Below are positions 14,101 through 26,100 of a stretch of 64,000 bases of DNA, piece after piece. The DNA is taken from NCBI RefSeq assembly GCF_006345805.1, contig NC_043018.1, forward strand, positions 24,118,001-24,182,000. The letters are read 5' to 3'. This stretch comes from Octopus sinensis. Its lineage: Eukaryota. The notes beneath the pieces were generated by a model that saw only the letters and a program-made list of their open reading frames with translations, had not been told where the DNA came from and searched no databases. Position numbers and translations under genes: made by a program. Every line of letters begins with the position of its first letter. The first letter of the stretch is position 1.

Positions 14101-17100
14101 AACCGTTTAGCATTCAGATTATTCTGTCAAATGTAATGCTTATTTATTCACACTGTTTTGAATTAATCATGCATTACCTCATAGCTTTGAGATTTTGATG
14201 ATCTTATTGCTTATTTTGACATTGTCAGGTAGATTTGAGAGGCTGGATTTAGCCAAGTTATTAATAAAGGACTATTTGGGCCTGATAAGGCCAGTCTGAA
14301 TATGAAAGGGTTAAACAAGTTGAGTGCCTACAAAGATTGGTTGGTATCTCTTAACTTTGGTCCTAACTTGGTAGACTGTACCATCCAGTTTTCAAATAAA
14401 ATGCTGTTATTCATCACAGCAGTGTATCTAATGTTAATGTGCTGAACTAACCACACTTTAAAGCCATTTTCAACTTTGTTTATAACCAATGACAGACTGC
14501 TACATGTCTATAGCTACAAACTGTACTACACACTATTAATCATTTGATCTGCTGTAAGTAGCAGTCATACTGCTCAAATTTTATACCATCTTAAAAAATA
14601 GATTCTACCATTCTGTCATCAATCTAGCAAACGCACCTGTCTTTTGTACAGTTTAAGTTGCTTTGGTGGTATCTTTTCACTTTGTTCCAGGTGCCACCTG
14701 TGCTCAGTGAGTCATTTGCTCAGTGGGTTCTCCCATGAAGTAAATTTTAAGGAATCGCTATTCAGCATTGTCGACAGGAAGAACAGTGCCTATCCTGAAT
14801 TTTGAACATTGGCATATAAGGAGTCTTTGTGAATGGATTTGTGACTGAAACTTGTCATATGGAAGGCAGTTTTAAATGCACATTTTCTATATAAATTGCT
14901 CTGAATCAGGGTGTTGACCAGGGGGTAAAGAGGAAAGGCTAGGGAGTGTTTTGCAGGTCAGGCAAGTGAACCTTTCCATTTGAGAAGCAGAGGTCACTGG
15001 ATTCTCCAACCTACTTGAGGGCCTTGCAAAATGGACATATTACAGATATATCTCCTGTAACAGTCTCTCGATGAGTGGTGTAATCCTCGGCAGGATCATA
15101 GTGGAGTGCTTTTGATATCCATCGACTACTTGATGGCTTCCAGTAGCCATGGGCAAGAGCCTTCTGGTGAACATTAGACTGAAGTACCATCATCCGATGG
15201 TTATTGTCATCTGCCAGCCTTGAGATATAAAGATAGCTTTCTAAAACCTTGGCCCCTTTTTTTTTTGTCCCCTATAATTTGAATTGTGTGTATTGGTGTA
15301 TAGACAACATTTTTACTGCATTACTTGAAGCCTATGTTTTGAACTGATTCTATTCTGCAGGCCTGATGCTAACCAGCACAATTTAAGGAATGCAGCCTAT
15401 GAGGCGCTTATGGAACTTGTGAAAAATAGTCCAAAGGTAAGATTTGATGTGGCTTTGTATTTTTTTTCCAAGTCAGAATTGCTATGTACTGATAGGTAAT
15501 TAGAAAAATAACAATCTCTACTTCAGATGATGTAAAAAATATCACGTTTGAAAATTTCACAGTATTTATGATCATATTTAGGCAGAAGTAGCTTTATTTC
15601 AATTTGCCTGTAGCTTTGAGATTTCAATGGTTGTTAATATTTCAGAAAACATGAGTGGATGTGAGAGGTTGGATCTGGCCAGATATGGCTGCTATAAATG
15701 CTGAAGAGTTAGAAATAACCATATATAGTTGAGGATATTAACTTTGTCTCGTGTTTCTATGGGATATTGATTGATTTTATCTTGGCCTATTCATGTTGAA
15801 AGTAAGATTTCCATGCATATATTGGACCTATTTATGTTAGAATTGATATGTTAATATGATTAGTTAGAAAGACCTGCAATGACCATGTGTGTCTTCTATT
15901 CGTAGTTTTCTTTTGTAAGATATTTAGTACATTCTTGCATATGAAAAATTTACATTTTAATATTGTTTTATATTCCAGGATTGTTATGAAACAGTGAAAA
16001 ACACAACTATGATTATATTACAACGGCTTGAAAAAGTTTTACAGATGGAGGTAAGTTTTGTATCGGGTTTGACATGAGCATGAAAGCTTATTCAGTGTTG
16101 AAGCTGTTTGTTGACTGGTGTTATTCACCTCATCTGTTCTCAATGGCTCCTTCATCAGGAGAGGAAGGACAATCTGATAACTGCATCAAGCATAAAATCC
16201 TTATTTTAGTGGCTTATATAGATTCACTCGCCAACATTCTTCAACCATTGGCTAACAAGTATGCAGTTTTCTCCTCTTCTACTTTTATTATTGATGCAAT
16301 AACTTTTGCTCCTGAAGGAAGTTCTCAAACTGGAAACTAGTTACTTGCTATAAGACTGTACTTGGTTAGTGGTACTCAGGAGCCTGGAAACTGTATTGAG
16401 TCAGCTACCCAAGAACAAGAATTCATTCAGATTCTGTCCACCAAATCTAACTTTTAAAAAAGGCTGCAGTTGACTCTAGGTTGTTGAAGATGCTTGTGTA
16501 AGATGCTATAAAGCAAGGTTGAATTTTAAACCATCTGCAAAGTCAACTTAACCATGCAGCTATGGCCTTGGCATCGATGGTCACAGCTATCATGCAAAGT
16601 CAAGACAAAGACTCAAGCATACACACACATACATGTACATGTGCAATGCACACAATCTGTTAGTTTCTGTCAACCAAAATTTACTCCAAAGGCTTAGATT
16701 AGTAGGACTATAGAAATGGCATACGACTTGCTCAAGATGACATACAGTGGGACTAAACCTGTAACTGCACGACCATACCTGCACCCACCCAACTCATAAT
16801 GTGTATGTATATATATCTATAATAGTATATACAGATCAGGACTTTAACCCTATTAGAATTCATATCAATGCATTCTTATAGGGTTAATGTCCAGTATTGT
16901 AAGCTCTTGATTTCTGTAAAGTTTAACACGTCTGCAGTTGGATTATTTTTCACTGTTTATTCAAGTTTCCATGGTCTTGAGGAAGACCACACCTTTATTT
17001 AGTCTTAATTCAGTTGCATTTATACATTTAATGTCCACTTTCCATGCTGGTATGGGTAGGCCAGTTGACTGGTAACCAGCGAGCTGCACTGAGCTCCAGT

Positions 17101-20100
17101 ACCATCTTCGGCGTGGTTTCTACAGCTAGATGCTCTTCCCAATGCTAATCAGTTTAGTGTGTTGGGTGCTTTTTTCTTTCTTCATACCATCAGCACTAGT
17201 GAGGTTGCTATATAACTTGCAAAAAAAGTAGAAAAGAACAGAAGGAAAGGGAGAAAGAAACACTCCTAAGAAGTATTTGAGGCGGGGGTGGGGGGTGGGC
17301 TGTGTGCCAGATATCAAAAGGATAAAGTATGGTAGGACAAGTACAGGTGTACTGCTAATTACTTTTAACAGGGTTTGTGGGAGGAATTTTGAGACCACGT
17401 GATGCTTCAAAACTGCAATTTTTCCTCAAACTTTATTTCTCCTAACTGTTGCCTTTTTTTTTTCTTTCTTCAGGGTCACATAAGTTCAACTTCTGATAGG
17501 GTACAATATAATGACCTCCAATCATTGCTGTGTGCTACACTCCAAGTAAGTATGTGATATTTGATGCTTTTGTCTGTTTCCTTTGTGTTGAATTACAATG
17601 TAACGTCTCCTTATTGTCCCTCGCTCTCTCTTTTGTAGAGTGTATTGCGAAAGGTAACTGCTGAAGATGCACCCAAAATCTCTAGCCCGATTATGACAGC
17701 TTTATTACAGATGTTCAACACCTCTTGTGGGAAATCCGGAGGAGTCCAAGAAGATGCTTTACTCTGTGTATCAACACTGGTTGAAGGTGTGTAATTTGAT
17801 CTCTTTCCCCCCCCCATGTCTAAATTGCAATTAAAACAGTTGCTATTCATAAGTTCAGATATTCAACAACTGTCATGATGTTGATATCTATTTCTCGCTC
17901 CAACAGTTCACACATGTATAACACGCCATCCCACCCCCCTCTAGCTCTCCCAGTAAATAAATTGAAGTAGAATATTTGTATTTTCCTATTTAATATAAGT
18001 TATATAAATTATCGCTTTTCAAGGTTACACTCTAAAATGCGATTGTGTAGGATTTTAAAGATGTCTTGCTGCCGCAGTATTAAATTCTTTAATCCATTTG
18101 TTTCATTTCATTTTCGAAATACTAATTTATTAAAATAACTGTCATTTATTGATGTTTGGAATATGAATTAAACATAAAATTTTGATGGAAGGTTTCCATT
18201 CAGACGATTTCAAAACAAGATGTTTTTATCATAGAATGAATGGTTGTTTAGGATGGGTTGGTTTCAAATGGATTAGAGCACTGGGTATTTTGTAGGGTAT
18301 TTCAGAAAATCTCTGAGCTTCATGATATCTCATTTCTGGTAATTCAATATTAAATTACAAGGTGGGTGGGTGTTTGGGGTCTAAATATGTCATTAACAAC
18401 AGTTAGGTATTATTGATGGCCCAGAGAGATCAGGTTTGTTATATTGATGATTTTCATGCAGAATGCACCTTTAGGGAATTTGTGTTATTCATAACCGAGC
18501 TAATGAGGGAGTGCTTTTCATGATGACAAGACCTTTTCTGGAGAACACATTGGATTATATAGATAGTCAAGATAATCAATGTTTTGAATAACTTACAGCA
18601 TAGGTCAGCTGCATGAAGCATCATGAATCCCATGTGGTTGAATAACTATCTATAATTACTTGCAGATAATTTTTTTCTGCTGGCTTGAGTTGGACGGTTT
18701 GTCTGGGTCCATTGAGCTGCAGGGTTGCCCTTGAGTACTTGTGTCAATGATTACATATTTCATGTGGAGGAATGGCTTGTCAAGCAAAATTCCTCTTAAA
18801 ATACTTGTTTTTAGCGTTCCAATTTTAAATTCCTCTAAGGTCAGCCTATCATCAGCATCATCGTTTAACGTCCGTTCTCCATGCTAGCATGGGTTGGACT
18901 GTTCGACCGGGGATCTGGGAAGCCAGAAGGCTGCACCAGGCTCCAGTCTTATCTGGCAGTGTTTCTACAGCTAGATGTCCTTCCTAACGCCAACTACTCC
19001 GTGAGTGTAGTGGGTGCTTTTTACATGCCACCGGCACAGGTGCGAGGCTGGCAACGGCCACGATCTGATTGGTGCTTTTTATGTGCCACTGGCACGGATG
19101 TAGGCAATAAAGGAAGTATTAGTAATGTACTGGAGTCACTATTTATATAATCAGCCTATATATCTCTACCTTGAAACGGAAGTTCCTGTGCTGCACATAC
19201 TAAGTTCATAATCATTTCTTAAACTGTGTATATGAATCTACAATAATCAATCTTGTCCATGGAAACAGTGGCAATGTCTGGTAATGTTCTTGTTCTTTTT
19301 GTTTTCTAGTTCTTGGAGAAAATTTCTTGCCATACATGCCAGCTTTCAAGCCATACTTGACTCTTGGACTGAAAAATCATGCAGAATATCAGGTCTGTTA
19401 TTCCATTGCAATCTGAACTCTTTGCAATATTGAGAAGTTCTAGTTTAAGCAAATGACTTTTTTCTTTTCTTTTTTTATAATTGTTTGTATTTTTACTTGG
19501 TTCTGATTCAGGTGTGTCAAGCTGCAGTTGGTTTAACTGGTGATATCTGCCGAGCTGTAGGAAATAATATATTACCATACTGTGATGAGTTAATGACTAT
19601 GCTTGTGGAAAATCTTGGGGTAAGTACTATCAAACCCTGAACTATACATAGCTGCAATTCATAAAGCATTGCTTTTTGGGGGTTGCAAAATGGGGACTAA
19701 ACACTCATTTTTGTGCAAGAAACAGGGTTTAACCTCATTCTGAAAGGGACTTCCACTTTATTTTTGTGTGTTCTGTGAAGTTGTTTAGATGTTTTTTTTC
19801 TTGCATTGAGTATCAAGCTGTAAATTAGATTTCAGTGGTATTAGAGAGGACTTGGAGGATAAAATGGTGATGTATCAGTCATTCATACACACCAGTAATC
19901 TGATAACAGGTTTTATTGATTCTGAGTGCGTTAATCACATTGACTAATTGTATTGATGCTTTTGTCACTGATGTAAGCTTTACATTAACTTCGAAAGCAA
20001 AGCTTGCTGAATATTTTCTTCGACTTTTTTTTCCGAAGAAATTTCTGTCAGGATAAACGAAAGGAGCACTAAATATGCCAATCAACAGATGTCACCTTTT

Positions 20101-23100
20101 CCATATCAATAGAAAGCTTTTTCAAATGTGAGTTGTGCAGCTTCCAAACTGCAAGTACTTCTGGAGTAAAAATTCAGCTCTGAGACACAGAATTGATACT
20201 TAGGCCTTGATATCTTGATAAACAAATATATACAAAAATGTAACCTATATTCAACCTGCCTGGGCAGGTGACAAATGCAGTGTACTACATTATTTTGTTT
20301 ATGCATTAGCTTAGAAAACTGGAACTTAGTTGGTTATGATGATGATTGCAGTTTAACAGCCTGCTCATGAAATTAACCCTCAAGTAGCCAAGCACTTCAG
20401 ACCCTTATAGTTGTGTAGAGTTCTTGGAGATTCAGCATGACACAGATTGAGACAAGGCCTGGCTAATATTCAATGAGTATACAGCAAAATTTTGATGGAG
20501 AAGAATTGTGCAAATTACTGGATTATCTATCATTTGAAATTTATACACATAAGGCAGGTGTACCATAAAGATAAAACGGAGCAAAATACTGGAATTTGTC
20601 TTTGAAGAAAAGTAGGACACCATCTACTAAATGTAATAAACTTCCCTGTCCATAAATACACAATGATTCACAACCCAAATAAATCAAAATTTGTCACATC
20701 TTAAGCTAAATTTGAAAAAAAATTTCTATACACAACAAACAATATTCCTAAAAGATGCTCTGGTTTTTAACTTTCTGGAGTTTGTGGGGAATTATAAGAT
20801 AAAAGTGGAAGGAAAAAATATTTCCAAAGCTTCACAGTAGTCAGATATAATGTGAAATAATGTCAGTGTAGTTCAGTTGCTTAGGCATATCATGTTTTCA
20901 CAAATGTACTTTTGAGATTTGCATTGAAATTTTCATTTAACCCTTTGATGTTTAAACTAGCTATATCCAGCCCAAATATTCTACTCATTTTATGCTTAAA
21001 CTGGCCAGAACCAGTGTCTCACACCTACCCTGATATGTCATTCTAAAAATAAACAATTACATATTTCAAATCTTGAAGCTACAAGATAATACCAGGTTAA
21101 TTTTTTAAAATGTAAATGAATAAGGATTACTTCTGACATTAATTTGAACACTAAAGGGTTAAATATGACAAGACCATTTCAGCTATGTTTGTAACATAAG
21201 CCAGAGTATTTAACAGCTGGGATAGTAATGAAACAATTAATGGCTTTTGTATATATATATAACTACTCTTGATCATATTAGCATTGTGTTTTCCTTTGTA
21301 AGCTTTCATTGCCAACAATTTTTAGTACTTGAAGTGTTGTTGTTTCTCTGTGGTGTTGAATTTAATTTATTGAAAACCTTTGCATTTCAGGATGAAACTG
21401 TCCATCGTTCTGTTAAACCTCAGATCCTGTCTGTGTTTGGTGATATTGCTCTAGCAATTGGTTCTTACTTCAAAAATTACCTAGCAGTTGTTTTGAATAC
21501 ATTGCAACAAGCATCGCAGGCACAAGTTGACAAGGTAAAGTGTACAAGACCCGTTTCCTTGGCATGGCTGGAATATTTTTGTTTGAATAGAAATCTAGGT
21601 GTTTAGCAAACCTTACCAGGAAACATTTCAACCAAATTCCCAAATGAAGATGGTTTGATATGTTGATACAACCTATATCTGGTGAATCGAATCACTAGAG
21701 CGTCAAAGTAAATGATTTATGGGAATTTGAACTCATTGCATCTCAGTTCAAATACTGCATTCAGAATCCTGCAAACACTGCCATGATAGTGAAGTAGTCT
21801 CGGTTAGATGCACTAAGAAATCAAAAGCAAAAATGCCTCACGTTACTCTGCTATGCCCTTATTGGGTTGATATTGAATAAGAGTTGAATTTATAACCATG
21901 ATGATGATGAAACTGATAGTAGTCTAACTAATATAACCTTGATTTTTTTTTATCCTCATAGATTTTGTAAAGATGTAATAGTTCTAACTTAAATATTTGG
22001 CTGCATAGATTTGTGTTGTCAACATGGAGGAAGGAGTTAACTTTTAACTGCAAGATTAAATTTCAGTTGTATTAAATATCTACCAAAAGTGTAATTGGTA
22101 TTTTTCTGCAACTTGTTACCTCACTAGGTTCGACATATCAACCAAAAAAAAATAGTTTCACTTCACGGAGGGTAGATCAGTATATAAAACTTTCTGCAAT
22201 TAAGAGTAATGAAATCTGAGTGGCCATATTGGGTTTCCTCAATTAGTTAAGCATGCTTTATTACAAATAACAGCAGTCATTTGCCAAACATATTGTTTTA
22301 CACACACACATATATCTCCAAATATATATATATATCCAAGCTGGAGACGAGCACTAATGTTCAATGTGGCAGGCTTGATAATTGCTGAGGATTTTCAGCA
22401 TGAAACTAACGGTAGCCTTCTCAACACACTAAGTATTTATCTACAAATGCAATTGAGCATTCATTCTCACTGTTTTTAGAATTTGTGTGTGTACACATTT
22501 GTGAATAACTGTTGGAAGATGCATAGTCTGAAAGAGGAGTCCTTTGAAGCAATCCAGTCAAGTTGCCAACTTCATTAAAATTGATATTCTGTTTTTGTTA
22601 TTTGTCTATTATTGTTGGGGCATGGTTTATAACACATTGATGCCTTGGCAGCAACCTTTTTAATCATTTTGCTTTAAATTGTTTCATTTTTTCTTTATTC
22701 TTTTTTCTCTCTCTCTCTCTCATTCTAGACTGACTATGATATGATTGATTACTTGAATGAACTGAGAGAAGGCTGTTTAGAAGCTTACACTGGTATTGTG
22801 CAAGGTTTGAAAGGTGATGCTGAGCAGATAAACCGTACGTTGTTGATTCATACATACAGCCTTGTCTATGGTGTTCCTTATAGGGTCGGGATCAGTGCAT
22901 GAAGCTCATTTAGAGGAATGGCATACAGTGGGAATAATCAAGTTGTAAACAAGGAAAGAATGAACTTGTATGAAGAAATGGTTATAATCAGATGGCACTG
23001 AGTTTCCTTTCCGACCACATGGTTTCAGATTTTGAGTCTGTGTGGTACTTTAGGCAGGTGTCTTCTATAACCCAGGCTGACCAAGCCTTGTGAGTGGACT

Positions 23101-26100
23101 TGGTGGATAGAAATAAGTGAAAGTCTGTGTCTGTCGAAACAAAGGTTTTGCTGTTTTGTGATAGTTGTAAATCTTAAGGCTCGTCAAGCCAAGTGAAATT
23201 GTAGTCATAGCCAATGCCGGTGGCACATTAAGAGCACCCATTACACTCTTGGAGTGGTTGGTGTTAGGAAGGGCGTCCAACTGTAGAAACCATGCCAAAT
23301 CAGATCGGATCCCCAGTGCCTCTCTCCAGCTTACCAGTCTCAGTCAAACTGGCTAACCCATGCCAGCATGGAAAGCAATGAGTGTCACTGGCATGCAAGC
23401 AGTGGTGTTTATTTCTAATGCTCTGTGAGGACATATTTGTCCTTGGGAAAATTACCTTGCTTTTGGAGAAATGAGGTTTGGTGACAGGAATTCCAACTCT
23501 GCCTATGCAAGTCTGGAAAAGTGGACATTAAAATGATTATGATGTTGAAATGTTGTATACTGTTCAGTGTAGGTTTTGGGTAGATGTTGACAGTGATGAA
23601 TCTACGGGTTAGGTGGTGTTGAAACTAGTTTGGTAACTGGTCACTATTTTGTTTAGTTTACTTGTTGGATTAACTCTAGTATTTGGATTACTCTGTCAAA
23701 TGTAATGTTTATTCACATGCTATGAATTAATCATGAATTATCTCCTAGCTTCAAGATTTTAATGATACAATTGGCCATTTTTCGAATGGCATTGTAGGAC
23801 TTATGGGAGAGGCTGCATCTGGCCAGTTTGAACATCAACTAGAATATTCTTCAGGCACTGGGCCTCACTGAGGAAATGACAAAGGACTGGCAGATGTGAT
23901 TTGCTGTACTTGATAAGACACATCAAGCTAGATAAAATTGCTGTCTTCCACACATAACGGGCTTGTCCTATCAAGTGGCAGTGACACATGAAAGGCACCC
24001 AGCACACTCTGTTAAGTAGTTGGCATTAGGAAGGGCATCTGGCCATAGAATCATGCCACAAGAGACGGCTGGAGCCTGGACAGCTCCATGTCAAACCGTC
24101 CAACCTATGGCAATGAGGAGGGCGGACGTTAAATGATGGGCGAGCTGGCAGAAATGTGTAGCCGTATTTCGTCTGCCGCTACGTTCTGAGTTCAAATTCC
24201 GCCAAGGTCGACTTTGCCTTTCATCCTTTCGGGGTCGATAAATTAAGTACCAGTTATGCACTGGGGTCGATCTGATCGACTTAATCCGTTTGTCTGTCCT
24301 TGTTTGTCCCCTCTGTGTTTAGCCCCTTGTGGGTAGTAAAGAAATAGTTAAATGATGGGCTGGTTTAAATGCTAAAAGGTTAAACCAGCCACATGTGACC
24401 CAAACATTTATCAGTCTGAAAATCGTCACATTGTTGAAATCTTGAAGTTCCAAGATAAAACCAAATGAATAAACAATCCCTAAATTTGACAAGAGATAAT
24501 CTAAATGCTGAAAGGTTAACTTGCATGAAATTGAGTAATATGAAAACATTTGTTGTTGTATTAGTTGTAGTCTTTCGTGAAGTTGTTCATATTGGTACCA
24601 TGTCTGACAATTCCCTTGTGTTTGTGTGTGGTGGGTGATCGTGAACTTGTGATGTTTGGGTTAGTAGTCTTATTGAAGAATTGTTTAATTTTCTGTGATT
24701 TTTTTCTTCTTCTCCCCCTTCAGCTGATGTCAATCTCATTCAACCACATGTTGGACACATGATTTCATTTATTGAACACATAGCTCAAGATGAAGATCAT
24801 AGTGACAGTAACATAGCTGCGTGTTGTGGCTTAATAGGGTAAGTTCATCTTTTACTTGTTTCAGTTGTTGGACTTTGGCCATGCTGGGGCACCACCTATA
24901 TGGGTTTAGTGAAACAAATTTTTCTAAGTAGTAATTCTGTCAGTCTCATGCTTACAGGGATGTAAACAAACCAACCACTGGTTGTTGGTTGGGTGGGGAT
25001 AATAAGATGCATACACACATCTTTTAACCCTTTTGTTACCAACCCGGCTGAAACCAGCTCTGGATCTGAGTACAAATGTCTTGTTTTCATAAGTTTTGAA
25101 GTCACAATTTATGTTCCTAACAGTAGCTAAATATTTGCTGTAGCCCATCTCTTATACTAAGAAAAAAACTGCAACTAAGTTATTTTACTAAATTCTTTGT
25201 TATATTTAAAGTAATTGAAAGAAACACAGAGCATCTCAAAATAAATACAGTAAAGAAAGGGTTAATGTCTACTTTACTGTGCTTGCATGGCTTGAGTGAA
25301 GTTGACAGATTTTCTACAGCCAGATAACTCTTCGTCAACCATCACCTGTTTCCAAGCGAGGTAATGTTTCTCCAACACTCAACATAGTTTTGCAGAATAT
25401 TGGAAATGAATGACTAATCATCATTTACAACTATCACATGATTGTCAAGACGAGGAGACGCATATACTCAACAGGTTTCTTCTATCAATCAGATCTACTC
25501 ATATCTTGGTCAGGTGCCATGCTGCGGGATTGAACACACACCCATGTGGTTGGCAAGCAAACTTACCACACAGCCATGCCTGCACATGCACACATACATA
25601 CCTACACACATTGACCTTCACACAGTTTCTGTCTACCAAAATTCACTCACAAGGCATTGGTTAGCTTGGGGCTAGAGCAGAAGATATGTATTTGATTTCA
25701 GTATGGGTTTGGCCACATTTGAATAATTACTATAAATCAAATACGTTGTGCCATTTGTAGTAACCTTTGACCTTTGTACTGTTTTGTATTTCTAGTGATC
25801 TCTGTGCTGCTTTTGGTGCAGCCATGATGCCTTTTGTTGATAAGGAATCCATACAAGCCTTGTTAACGAAAGGCCGACGCTCCAAGGTGTCTAAAGCGAA
25901 AACACTAGCAAGTTGGGCCACTAAAGAGATAAGAAAACTGAAGAATGCATCTTGGTAAGTTGACTTATACAGCTTTCTTGTTTCTTATAGATGGACTCTG
26001 ATCAGTTTCATCTTAGCCTTTTATCCATTTTTTTCGTTCGTGTCCCCTTTTTCTATATTTGCATGGGTTAGATGGAATTTGTTTTGGCTGATTTTCTGTG

